A DNA stretch of 63,733 nucleotides, counting the filler. It is 6 parts of 6 records of this genome, joined end to end, with 100 filler letters (N's around TTAATTAATTAA, not from the genome) between each part and the next. Parts side by side here need not be neighbours in the genome. Positions count along the whole stretch, not along the records: positions 1 to 13,772 come from SRR31156797_27420; positions 13,873 to 21,390 come from SRR31156797_27422; 4 more parts are not named here. The stretch is one strand, 5' to 3'. The translations under genes and the position numbers were made by a program. Under the pieces are notes generated by a model. The model made no database searches. It was not told the origin of the DNA and saw nothing but the letters and a program-made list of their open reading frames with translations. Positions 10,057 through 18,849 of this stretch are shown one piece after another (position 1 is the first letter of the stretch; each line of letters opens with the position of its first letter).

Positions 10057-11460
10057 TCAATTCACACGACTTGAGTTCGCGCGCAAGCACTCGGCCGACG
10101 GGCTGTTTTGAACCATTGTTTGAGCGGCATGGCGCACACCGCGATACAATTGGTCCAACTGTTTGAACAGATCGTGTTCGACAAATCCGCCCGTAGGCCG
10201 GATCGGTCGTTTATAGTAGAATGAGAGCCAATCCTGGTAGCCGTGCCAATCGCAACGCGCGGCCAGGTCCAGAAACAGGGCCACGTCCAATACAAGCGGG
10301 GCGGCCAGAATACTGTCGCGGCAGAGAAAATCAATCTTGATCTGCATGGGGTAGCCCAACCAGCCGAAGATGTCGATGTTGTCCCAGCCCTCTTTGTTAT
10401 CACCGCGTGGTGGATAGTAGTTGATTTTCACCTTGTGGTACAGGTCGGCATACAAATCGGGGAACTGATCCGGCTGAAGGATATGCGTGAGCGCACTCAG
10501 CTTGGTCATCTCTTTGGTTTTCAGCGATTGCGGTTCGTCCAGCACCTCGCCGTCCCGGTTTCCCAGGATATTGGTCGAAAACCAACCTGAAACGCCCAGC
10601 ATGCGCGCCTTGAATGCCGGTGCCAGCACTGTCTTCATCATGGTTTGGCCGGTCTTGAAATCTTTGCCACTGAGGGGCACACTGTGTTTCTCCGCCAGCG
10701 CCTGAAGGGCGGGAATCTCTTCGGTTAAATTTGGCGCCCCATTGGCAAAGGGAACGCCTTCGCAAATGGCCGCGTAGGCATAGATCATGCTGGGGGAAAT
10801 ATCCGGGTGATTGCCTTGCAAACCGGCCTCGAATGCAGCTACGGACCGATGGACGGATCCAGGCTGCAAATAAGCTTCTGTGCTCCCGCACCAGATCATG
10901 ACCATACGTTCCACATGGTTGGCTGATTTAAATGCCTGGATATCCCTTCGGAGTTGATCGGCGAGATCCATATAGGTTTTACCCGATTTAACATGACCGC
11001 CGTCGAGTCGCGCAACAAAACGGCGATCAAAAACCGCCGTCATGGGCCGTATCGCTTCGAGTTCGGGTCGGATTCGATCCAGAATCCTGTGATCAAGGAC
11101 CCCGGCGGTGACGGCAGCCCTGTACATGTCCTCTTCGAAGATGTCCCACCCACCGAAAACAAGATCGTCCAGTCGGGCCAGGGGAACGGCTTTCCGAATG
11201 GCCCGGGTGGATTCAGTAGCGCTCTCGTCCAGGGAAAGACGCCCCAGTTGTGACAGGGAGCCGACGGGTTTTCCCAGGCTACGGCGAACGGCGAAGACAC
11301 CGCCGATAAAGGTCGTCGCCACGGCGCCCATACCCGGCATCAATACGCCCAGTCGACCGCCGGGGCCAGCGGTAGAGGGTGCCGGTGCGGATTTTCTCTG
11401 GTCGTTCGTTTCATCGTACACGTGTAGGCTACCCCTTCGTTTTTCGTTGCGGTTGTCCAT
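10057..11460 (-). CDS. ino1: Inositol-3-phosphate (myo-inositol-1-phosphate) synthase
   Basis: GMGAVATT Rossmann motif, FGGWD, WCGSTE, NGAPN, GKDFKTGQT, STNILGNRDG, GDNKEGWD, CRDSILAAP. Start is likely 11460 (ATG) or 11421 (GTG), not 11547. Confidence 0.93.
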   Translation of the reverse strand: MDNRNEKRRGSLHVYDETNDQRKSAPAPSTAGPGGRLGVLMPGMGAVATTFIGGVFAVRRSLGKPVGSLSQLGRLSLDESATESTRAIRKAVPLARLDDLVFGGWDIFEEDMYRAAVTAGVLDHRILDRIRPELEAIRPMTAVFDRRFVARLDGGHVKSGKTYMDLADQLRRDIQAFKSANHVERMVMIWCGSTEAYLQPGSVHRSVAAFEAGLQGNHPDISPSMIYAYAAICEGVPFANGAPNLTEEIPALQALAEKHSVPLSGKDFKTGQTMMKTVLAPAFKARMLGVSGWFSTNILGNRDGEVLDEPQSLKTKEMTKLSALTHILQPDQFPDLYADLYHKVKINYYPPRGDNKEGWDNIDIFGWLGYPMQIKIDFLCRDSILAAPLVLDVALFLDLAARCDWHGYQDWLSFYYKRPIRPTGGFVEHDLFKQLDQLYRGVRHAAQTMVQNSPSAECLRANSSRVN

Positions 11461-11479
11461 CCGGCCGGATCCGTTGGGA

Positions 11480-12214
11480 TCAGCTTGGCAAAACCACCCG
11501 GTAAAATCCCTCGGCCAAATCGAAATCCACGTTCCGGGCCATTTCACGGCAGCGTTCCTTCAGCCATTCAGCTGGACTTGTAGATTTAAATTCTCTCATC
11601 TGGCTGGCATGCTTGTAAAGCGCTTCAATTTTACGATCGAAGGTGTCCGTCACATCCATCACATGGTTGATCTCATCGGCACCCCAAAAGAGAATTTCAG
11701 CCACTTTGTGCGGTTCTAACCCCTGTTCGAGAAGATCGGGATACGCCATGTGGTCCCTGGCATACGGATAAACAGCATCCATTGCCACTTGACCGATGAT
11801 GCGGTGATCCCGGTGCCAAAGATAGCGACGATAGGGATCCGAGGTGACCAGTTTACGGGGCCGGAAGATTCTCAGCAGGCGGACGACGTCCTTGCGCAGG
11901 CCGGGTGTCTCCTCCAAACCCTGATCAGGATAGCCCATGTAGACTATTTCACTGACCCCAGTCGATTCAGCGGCGTGCGCCTGCTCCTTCCTGCGAATTG
12001 CCGCCAGTGCTTCAGGTGAAAGGCTGCGGTCGCTCGATCCTTTATCGCCATCGGTTGCGACGGCATAGACAACCCTCAGTCCGTCGTCTACCCAATGGAT
12101 TACTGAACCGGCAGCACCAAATTCGGCATCATCCGGATGCGCCGAAAGGACCATGACATCACAGGCATTGATCGATAGCGTCTCTGGAATACCATTGTGG
12201 ACGATCAGCTTCAT
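11480..12214 (-). CDS. PIG-L/LmbE family Zn-dependent N-deacetylase (MshB/BshB-like)
   Basis: AHPDDAEFG, TDGDKG, IRRKEQ, YPD, HRDH, ALYKHASQ and AEGF motifs. Confidence 0.88.
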   Translation of the reverse strand: MKLIVHNGIPETLSINACDVMVLSAHPDDAEFGAAGSVIHWVDDGLRVVYAVATDGDKGSSDRSLSPEALAAIRRKEQAHAAESTGVSEIVYMGYPDQGLEETPGLRKDVVRLLRIFRPRKLVTSDPYRRYLWHRDHRIIGQVAMDAVYPYARDHMAYPDLLEQGLEPHKVAEILFWGADEINHVMDVTDTFDRKIEALYKHASQMREFKSTSPAEWLKERCREMARNVDFDLAEGFYRVVLPS

Positions 12215-12226
12215 AGGACTCCTTTC

Positions 12227-13450
12227 TTATACCTTGGCCACGACCGAGCGGTAGGCCGTCATCGTTGCCTGCGCTGTGCGACGCCAGGTATAGTCACTCA
12301 CGCCTCTGCGGATAACATGCGGTGCCCAGCCGGGGCCGTCGTTTTCATTGGCAGCAACGATAGCCTCTGCCAGCGCGGCTGGGGATCCCGCTGTCATCAC
12401 CACACCGGCTCGACGCCTGTTTGCCAGGGTCTTCATGATACCCACCGGCGTCGTGACCACGGGTCGACCGCACGCCAACGCCTCCAAGCCAACCAGGCCG
12501 AAACTTTCATAATGAGATGCCAAAACGAGCATATCCATCGCCGCATAATACTCAGCCAGCTCGGTCTGTGGCACACTGCCACAGAAGCGTACCTGCGACA
12601 CGATGCCCAATTCATCCGCCAGTTGGTACAGGCGAGTTTGCTCAGGATCGCCCTGGCCGTTACCACCGACAAAAATCAATCGCGCGTGGTATTCGTCTCC
12701 AAGTCGGGCCATCGCCTCGATGATTCGGTCCTGGCCCTTCTGGGGTGTCAGACGGCCAACGCAAAGCAGCATCAGATCCCTCATATCGATCCCCAGTCTC
12801 TGTCGCGCCGAAGGCTTGTCCATGGGCTGAAAACGCTGCCTGTCGACACCGCCCGTAACCAATGTTGCTTTACCGGGGTCAGCCTTATAATAATGCATCA
12901 TATGGTTCATTTCACCCTCGCACGGCACCAGCAAGCCGTCACATTCATCGACCAGTGCCTGTTCTTCTGCCAATCTCCGGGGGGGAGCGGCCGCACCGAC
13001 TCCTGTATTGGTTTTGAGGGCCGCCAGCGTGTGGAAAGTGATCACATGGGGACGACGCCATGATCGACGCGCCAACCGCCCCACACGCCCGGAGATCCAG
13101 TAGTGGCTGTGGACCAGGTCATAGGTGAGCGATCGACGGAGGCGGAACGACTCGATGGCCGCAAAGGTCTCTTTGCCGTAATCGTAAAGATCCGCTTTGG
13201 ACACCTGTCGTCCACCGGCGATATCGAGCAGGACCAGGCGAACGTTGGGTGCCAGAAGAGTCATCTCCGGGCTGTTCGCATCCGTACGGCGGGTGAAAAT
13301 ATCCACCCGGTGGCCTGCGCGGCCCAACTCACCGGCCAAGGCGTTTATGTAAACGCTCATCCCGCCCGTGTCGCGTGTACCCAGCGTTCCCATCGGACTG
13401 GAGTGGATGCTCAGCATGGCAATGGATAAGGGGGGCATGGGACGGTGCAT
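12227..13450 (-). CDS. mshA: MshA-like GT4 glycosyltransferase (D-inositol-3-phosphate glycosyltransferase-like)
   Basis: SIHSSP.GTLGTRDTGGMSVY (MshA: SVHTSP..QPG.GDAGGMNVY), VDIFTR, HSHYWISG, TFHTLAALK, VGRL.PQKG, SHYESFGLVGLEALACGRPVV. Confidence 0.8.
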   Translation of the reverse strand: MHRPMPPLSIAMLSIHSSPMGTLGTRDTGGMSVYINALAGELGRAGHRVDIFTRRTDANSPEMTLLAPNVRLVLLDIAGGRQVSKADLYDYGKETFAAIESFRLRRSLTYDLVHSHYWISGRVGRLARRSWRRPHVITFHTLAALKTNTGVGAAAPPRRLAEEQALVDECDGLLVPCEGEMNHMMHYYKADPGKATLVTGGVDRQRFQPMDKPSARQRLGIDMRDLMLLCVGRLTPQKGQDRIIEAMARLGDEYHARLIFVGGNGQGDPEQTRLYQLADELGIVSQVRFCGSVPQTELAEYYAAMDMLVLASHYESFGLVGLEALACGRPVVTTPVGIMKTLANRRRAGVVMTAGSPAALAEAIVAANENDGPGWAPHVIRRGVSDYTWRRTAQATMTAYRSVVAKV

Positions 13451-13454
13451 TCCT

Positions 13455-13772
13455 TTACCGGTTCAGTACGATGACGCAGCGAGTGATGGTAACCGGTTTT
13501 CCACCCAACCGCCGTTTGTAGGCTTCGGATCCCTTGAGAAAATCGTAGGTCCGCCATCCATTGCGTAGGCTGTCCTTGATCGTGAGCACCTTGCTCAGCA
13601 ACCCAACGCTCAGGGATCGAAATGCGTCGTCGTAGCCATTGTTGTACAGATAAACGGTTGACCCATGGGCGATGCAAAACGTCGCCGCGATGGTTCGGTC
13701 GTCCAGGTCGAGAAAATAGAGTTTCAGGAATCCCCCGGAAGCCAGGTTCAGCGCCAGAGAGCGAAAAAAGGC
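13455..13772 (-). CDS. GNAT-superfamily protein, Acetyltransf_6/CelD-BcsL/FemAB-like (C-terminal 105 aa, partial; absent from the ORF track)
   Basis: My own translation from the contig edge: AFFRSLALNLASGGFLKLYFLDLDDRTIAATFCIAHGSTVYLYNNGYDDAFRSLSVGLLSKVLTIKDSLRNGWRTYDFLKGSEAYKRRLGGKP...*. It has the typical YLYNxGYD, SxGLL and YDFLKGxExYKxRLG motifs. Its stop is 4 bp before the mshA ATG. Confidence 0.85.
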   Translation of the reverse strand, partial: AFFRSLALNLASGGFLKLYFLDLDDRTIAATFCIAHGSTVYLYNNGYDDAFRSLSVGLLSKVLTIKDSLRNGWRTYDFLKGSEAYKRRLGGKPVTITRCVIVLNR

Positions 13773-13872
13773 NNNNNNNNNNNNNNNNNNNNNNNNNNNN
13801 NNNNNNNNNNNNNNNNTTAATTAATTAANNNNNNNNNNNNNNNNNNNNNNNNNNNNNNNNNNNNNNNNNNNN
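13773..13872. other. Artificial contig linker
   Basis: 44 N + TTAATTAATTAA (stops in all six frames) + 44 N. Confidence 0.99.
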
Positions 13873-14793
13873 GAAACCGAGAGAAGCGCAAAAACTGTAA
13901 AAGGTGCTTTTCAGCTATTGAAAACATCCCATGTAATTGATTTTCTTATGAAGAACCACATTGGTCAGAACAGGGGTTCTACTTTAAGGGAGTTATATTA
14001 CATCTCTGAGAACTGGGATATAGCTAAGTTTAAAGAGCAACCGGAAAGTGACAGGCTAATAGAGGATCTCGAGATAATATCCGGTCTCCAGAGGGAGTAT
14101 TTCCATATGCGTCCGGAAGAAGATGGAGCTACCATGTTCGGCCCTATAAGGTTGCGTGAGGAAACAAAGCGCGGTGATCGTATCATTCATTGTCAGGAGG
14201 ACATTGGAGAAAGTGGCTATCAAATCCCTTTCAATGTGGAGAATATTGAGTTTCTGGATACGGATGCTAAGTTCATTATTGCCATTGAGACTGGTGGTAT
14301 GTATGCCAGGCTTATAGAGAATGGATTCGATGAAAGAAATGATGCAATACTGGTTCATCTTAAAGGTCAGCCTGCACGTTCAACCCGTCGAATAATCAAA
14401 AGAATGAATGAGGAGATGAACTTGCCTGTTGTGGTGTTCACTGATGGTGATCCCTGGTCATACCGTATATTCGCATCAGTTGCATATGGAGCGATAAAAA
14501 GTGCTCACCTTTCGGAATATATGGCGACACCGGGTGCAAAGTTTGTTGGTGTCCAGCCATCAGATATAGTCGAATATGAGCTTTCCACTGACAAATTGAC
14601 AGACAAGGATGTTGCAGCTCTGCGTAGTGAGCTTACAGATCCAAGGTTTGAAAGTGATTACTGGAAAGAGCAGATAAAACTTCAGCTTGATATCAACAAA
14701 AAAGCAGAACAGCAGGCCTTTGCAGGAAAAGGTCTGGATTTTGTTACTGACAGGTATCTTCCTGAACGTCTTACAGAACTCGGAATTCTTTAA
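13873..14793 (+). CDS. top6A: DNA topoisomerase VI subunit A (5' partial)
   Basis: STLRELYY (catalytic Tyr), Toprim [27 protein letters not shown]. The frame is open from the contig edge. Confidence 0.95.
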   Translation, partial: ETERSAKTVKGAFQLLKTSHVIDFLMKNHIGQNRGSTLRELYYISENWDIAKFKEQPESDRLIEDLEIISGLQREYFHMRPEEDGATMFGPIRLREETKRGDRIIHCQEDIGESGYQIPFNVENIEFLDTDAKFIIAIETGGMYARLIENGFDERNDAILVHLKGQPARSTRRIIKRMNEEMNLPVVVFTDGDPWSYRIFASVAYGAIKSAHLSEYMATPGAKFVGVQPSDIVEYELSTDKLTDKDVAALRSELTDPRFESDYWKEQIKLQLDINKKAEQQAFAGKGLDFVTDRYLPERLTELGIL

Positions 14794-14823
14794 TTCCGAA
14801 TTCTGTTCTTACTAATTTTTCTT

Positions 14824-15519
14824 TTAAGCAGGTCTGAAATTCCTGCATATGGCATTAGTAGATACTACCATGGCCTTTGTTTCCCTATGGTGGCAAATAC
14901 CATTTTCCAGGAATTTGCATGATCCGCAACAATATACTTTTTGGCTTAGCTTTTCCTGTATTATTTTCTCTTTGATCATGTCTTCTCCAAAGCCCTTGTA
15001 ATATTTAATTTCTTTTTTGCTGCATTTCATGGCACTTGAGAGAAGCGTAGTGACAGCCGGAGGTTCCCACCTGTCATATACCTGATTGACTGCCAGATTC
15101 TTTGCAGGTATGTATTGGGAATTGGGGATTCCTGTTTTTTCCTTATTTTCCATGATTCGAGTAAGGTTTTCAACATGATTTTTAATCTTTTCATTTTCAG
15201 GCTGTTGCTTTAGTGCCCTGTTCATAAAGGTGAGTGCAGCTTCTGTTCGGCCCATCTTTTTAAGTGCCAGACTCTTGTTGTATAATGCAGGAACTGATTT
15301 TGACATGTTGTATTGTCCCAGTATCCTGTCATAGCATTCTATGGCTTCATGAAAGAATCCTTTTCCGTGCAGTATCATTCCTTTACCATTAAGGGCTGTA
15401 CTATTATTGGGCTCAAGCTCAAGTGCCAGATCAAAGTAATGCAGTTTTTTATCAGGATCTTTTTCGCTGAGTCCTTTCTCGACCCAGTTCTTAGCTACAT
15501 AGGAGTTTCCTTTTTTCAT
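14824..15519 (-). CDS. TPR-repeat protein with a C-terminal four-Cys motif
   Basis: Three TPR-like repeats (ALELEPNN, AIECYD, ALKQQPEN), then CGSC-x7-C-x15-CRNF. Confidence 0.75.
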   Translation of the reverse strand: MKKGNSYVAKNWVEKGLSEKDPDKKLHYFDLALELEPNNSTALNGKGMILHGKGFFHEAIECYDRILGQYNMSKSVPALYNKSLALKKMGRTEAALTFMNRALKQQPENEKIKNHVENLTRIMENKEKTGIPNSQYIPAKNLAVNQVYDRWEPPAVTTLLSSAMKCSKKEIKYYKGFGEDMIKEKIIQEKLSQKVYCCGSCKFLENGICHHRETKAMVVSTNAICRNFRPA

Positions 15520-15611
15520 TGGGTTGAGTATCCTGCAGATTCTATATTATCCTTTTTGTGTGCCTGTTTTGATTAATAAAGTTTATATAGGAATTGTTCA
15601 AACATGTTGCT

Positions 15612-16697
15612 ATGTTCCTAAACGACACTATTCCTTTTTATATTAATCAAATTGTCCAGTCCCAGATTGGAATATTCGGATCCGATATTATGGCTGCAAC
15701 AGTTGTTCTGGTTGCTGCTGTGGTGCTTGCTTTTGTTATAAATCTTCTTTTTGAGAAGATCTTTATGCATTATGCTAAGAAAACAAAATATGATTGTGAT
15801 GATCTTATTGTTGCATCCCTTAAAAAACCCATATTCTACACGGTGGCTTTTATTGGAGCTTTCATTGCTGTGGAGATAGTATTCCCCGGAAACACTGCAA
15901 TAGAATTCATCATGGGTCTGTTGTTAAGTGTTCTTGGAATTATATGGATACTTGCGCTTCTGCGTATAGATAAGATCCTGTTTAAGCATGTATTTTCAAG
16001 TCTTGTAAAAAGGACAGATACAAGCATGGATGATGAACTACTTCCTCTTTTCAAGAATATAATCGATGTACTGATAGTCTTTTTCGGTATTCTTGCAATA
16101 CTTAAAGGTATATGGGATGCGGATATATTGCCTCTTTTTGCTTCTGCAGGAATTGTAGGTCTTGCTGTTGCATTTGCTGCCAAGGATACAATTTCCCAGT
16201 TCTTTGGAGGGATATCTATCTATTTTGACCAGCCATTCAGGCCAGGGGACAGGATAGAGATAGATGGTGGGGAAATAGGCATTGTTCAGGATGTTGGTAT
16301 TCGCAGTACCAGGATCAAGAATCTTGAGAACAATATGATCGTTATTCCTAATAGTATAATAGCAAATAGTAAGATTACAAATTATACCTATCCTGAGGAA
16401 TCAATGCTAGTGAAAGTGACCATTGGTGTTGCGTATGGTTCTGATGTGCAGAAAGTAAAAGATATTCTGACAACGATAGCCCAGAGTGTGGAATCTGTCG
16501 TTGATGATCCAATGCCCTATGTCCGTTTTGATAATCATGGAGATTTCAGCCTTGATTTTGCCATGATCATGTGGGTAACCCAGCCCGGACAAAAATTTGC
16601 TGTCGTAAATGAGGTAAATACCAAGATCAGTGCTGAATTCGAGAAAGAAGGAATAGAAATACCTTTCCCTGTTCAGACTATTATTAGGCAGGATTGA
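15612..16697 (+). CDS. Small-conductance mechanosensitive channel (MscS family)
   Basis: Five TM segments, GLAVAFAAKD, PFRPGDRI, GIRSTRI, IPNS, IGVAYGSD, GIEIPFP. Confidence 0.93.
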   Translation: MFLNDTIPFYINQIVQSQIGIFGSDIMAATVVLVAAVVLAFVINLLFEKIFMHYAKKTKYDCDDLIVASLKKPIFYTVAFIGAFIAVEIVFPGNTAIEFIMGLLLSVLGIIWILALLRIDKILFKHVFSSLVKRTDTSMDDELLPLFKNIIDVLIVFFGILAILKGIWDADILPLFASAGIVGLAVAFAAKDTISQFFGGISIYFDQPFRPGDRIEIDGGEIGIVQDVGIRSTRIKNLENNMIVIPNSIIANSKITNYTYPEESMLVKVTIGVAYGSDVQKVKDILTTIAQSVESVVDDPMPYVRFDNHGDFSLDFAMIMWVTQPGQKFAVVNEVNTKISAEFEKEGIEIPFPVQTIIRQD

Positions 16698-16754
16698 AAT
16701 TGAATGCAGGATTATTTCCTGCACTCTTCTCTTTCAGGGTGCTGGCTATAAATG

Positions 16755-17072
16755 TTAAATTTTGGTTGAGTCAGCTATCCATTTAAGATATTGCTCTTCT
16801 CCTTTTATTTCCCATGAAATTATGGCCGGAAGATCGTAGCTGTGCATGTCCCTAATACATTCTGTAATCTCATTCACTTTACTAGTTACTGTTTTTATGG
16901 AAAGGGCAATTTCCCTCTCATTTTCGACCTTGCCTTCCCAGAGATAGATTGAGTCAATGGGGTGCATGTTAACACAGGCGGCAAGTTTTTGCTGTACAAG
17001 TTTGCATGCTATTTTTTTAGCTTCACTTTCATCATTTGTCGTTGTGTACACCATGGAATACATTTTAATCAC
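16755..17072 (-). CDS. cutA: Divalent-cation tolerance protein CutA
   Basis: KLAACVN, SIYLWEG, HSYDLPAI, YLKWI. Confidence 0.93.
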   Translation of the reverse strand: MIKMYSMVYTTTNDESEAKKIACKLVQQKLAACVNMHPIDSIYLWEGKVENEREIALSIKTVTSKVNEITECIRDMHSYDLPAIISWEIKGEEQYLKWIADSTKI

Positions 17073-17121
17073 ATCAAAGTTTTAATAATTGTTATATATT
17101 TTTAGTTTCATAATCTTATCG

Positions 17122-17643
17122 ATGACTTATAATGATTCGACAGATTCAGTTATTTTCAGGGAGGTACAGAGATTTACCCAGATATGGGTATGGATTATTA
17201 TTCTCCTTGCTATTTCGCCTGCATGGTATGGTTTCATCGAACAATTAGTCTATGGAAATGCCTTTGGCAGCAATCCTGCTTCTGATCAGGAGGTGCTTGT
17301 GTCATGGGTATTTGCCGGTGTTTTGTTGCCTTTATTTATATGTTCCATACGCCTGACAGTTGAGATCAGGAATAGCGGTATTTATGTAAAGTTGTTCCCA
17401 TTTCATCTGTCATTTAAGCATTATCCTTTTGAAAACATTCGTTCATATAGCGCCATTACTTACAGGCCTCTGCGTGACTATGGTGGTTGGGGCTTAAGGT
17501 ATGGGTCAAAAGGTAAGGCCTACAATATAAAAGGAAACAAAGGCCTGCTTCTTGAATTCACGGATAGTGGACGCCTGATGATTGGCTCTCAGGAACCAGA
17601 AGTGCTGAAAATGTCCATTGACCAGGGCCGCAACAGAAAATAG
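17122..17643 (+). CDS. DUF6141-like membrane protein
   Basis: FREVQRF, two TM helices, YRPLRDYGGWGLR, KAYNIKGNKG, IGSQEP. Confidence 0.75.
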   Translation: MTYNDSTDSVIFREVQRFTQIWVWIIILLAISPAWYGFIEQLVYGNAFGSNPASDQEVLVSWVFAGVLLPLFICSIRLTVEIRNSGIYVKLFPFHLSFKHYPFENIRSYSAITYRPLRDYGGWGLRYGSKGKAYNIKGNKGLLLEFTDSGRLMIGSQEPEVLKMSIDQGRNRK

Positions 17644-17915
17644 GCTGAAGTGTTCCTTTCTTTTTTAGACCGCTTGCATACAAAATAATATTCTTATTGC
17701 TTTTGCCATATTAGAGTTGCATTTAGTGATTACATGTATGCTTATTTCATATTATTAGTATGATATTTATGATGAATAATTAAATATGCCTATTGATTCT
17801 GTTTATTCTATTAGTTTGTTGTTTGTTGTTTACAATTTGAAACAAACAACAAAAAACAACGCATTTTTTAAGTTTTAGTGGTTATTGTTTTAAACGTTAT
17901 GATAAATTATTACGC

Positions 17916-18224
17916 ATGGAAAATGAGATTACAGAATTGGTATCTTGTGATATTGAGCATTATGTGCCAGAAATATCAATAGCTGCTATTATTGATATTT
18001 TTCAGGCATATGATATTCGTTTCATTCGTAATTTTGGTTCTGATCTCTTCTATGTTGAAATGGTTGATAGTGAACCTCTCGTTCCAATGCATCCACAAAG
18101 CACTTATCCACCTGGCATAGAAAAACTCTTTGATTTTATGACAAGGGAAAGGATCAGCATGTTAATTCACAAAGATGAAAAGATTATGAAATCATATTTT
18201 TCTGTAGATACTAATAACCTATAA
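17916..18224 (+). CDS. Hypothetical protein
   Basis: 102-aa ATG ORF in an AT-rich region with no competing frame; no motif recognised. Confidence 0.55.
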   Translation: MENEITELVSCDIEHYVPEISIAAIIDIFQAYDIRFIRNFGSDLFYVEMVDSEPLVPMHPQSTYPPGIEKLFDFMTRERISMLIHKDEKIMKSYFSVDTNNL

Positions 18225-18438
18225 TCATACATATCCAATTAATTATTTATACTTAATAATATATAATCTACAATTCGATTCCATGAAACTTATTTAAATC
18301 CATTTTCTATAATAATCTATTTCAGAAGTATTGGGGAAAAAGCCTTAATTGCTATCTTTTAGCAGTAAAGACTGAACATCCATTTATTAAGGACAAATAG
18401 GTTTTTATATTTTTGAATAATATTAAAGTTAGAGTGGT

Positions 18439-18846
18439 ATGAATTCGTTATATGATTTAAGGGACTGGTTCTATGAGTGTGACAGATTGCTTTTTCTTGC
18501 AGAAGTCCACTATCATAAGGAAGATGTTGTTCCTTCGGAACATAAATTCTCTCATGAGCTTACAAGCTCCTGTCTGGAAAAAATGTTCAGTACTGTCAGG
18601 AAAATGGAAAAGAATTGTAACTATTGCATTAGCTTTGAATCATGTACTCCAGAGAATGAAGTAGTATTTCTTGAAGAAATTCTTGATAAAATATTTTCCA
18701 ACAAATGGGATAGCATGGATATAGACTGCATCTTAAAAGCGCAGAAAATAGTTCATAGGCTTGCCGATGCAATAAATACCGATATTCTGGAAAACAGTGA
18801 ACTTCGCGGGTATCCAAATATTTACAATGCCTGCAAGATCAGATGA
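18439..18846 (+). CDS. Hypothetical protein
   Basis: 135-aa ATG ORF convergent with the next gene; no motif recognised. Confidence 0.6.
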   Translation: MNSLYDLRDWFYECDRLLFLAEVHYHKEDVVPSEHKFSHELTSSCLEKMFSTVRKMEKNCNYCISFESCTPENEVVFLEEILDKIFSNKWDSMDIDCILKAQKIVHRLADAINTDILENSELRGYPNIYNACKIR

Positions 18847-18849
18847 TTT

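Noticed and set aside
12197-13677. ORF-track entries 12197-13063 (+), 13411-13677 (-) and 13368-13568 (+)
   Set aside because: They are shadows of mshA and of the true GNAT frame at 13455-13772.
17641-17688. TAG stop in a Methanosarcinaceae-like contig as possible pyrrolysine readthrough
   Set aside because: Readthrough adds only about 14 featureless residues, the protein looks complete, and no pyl or methylamine methyltransferase genes are present.
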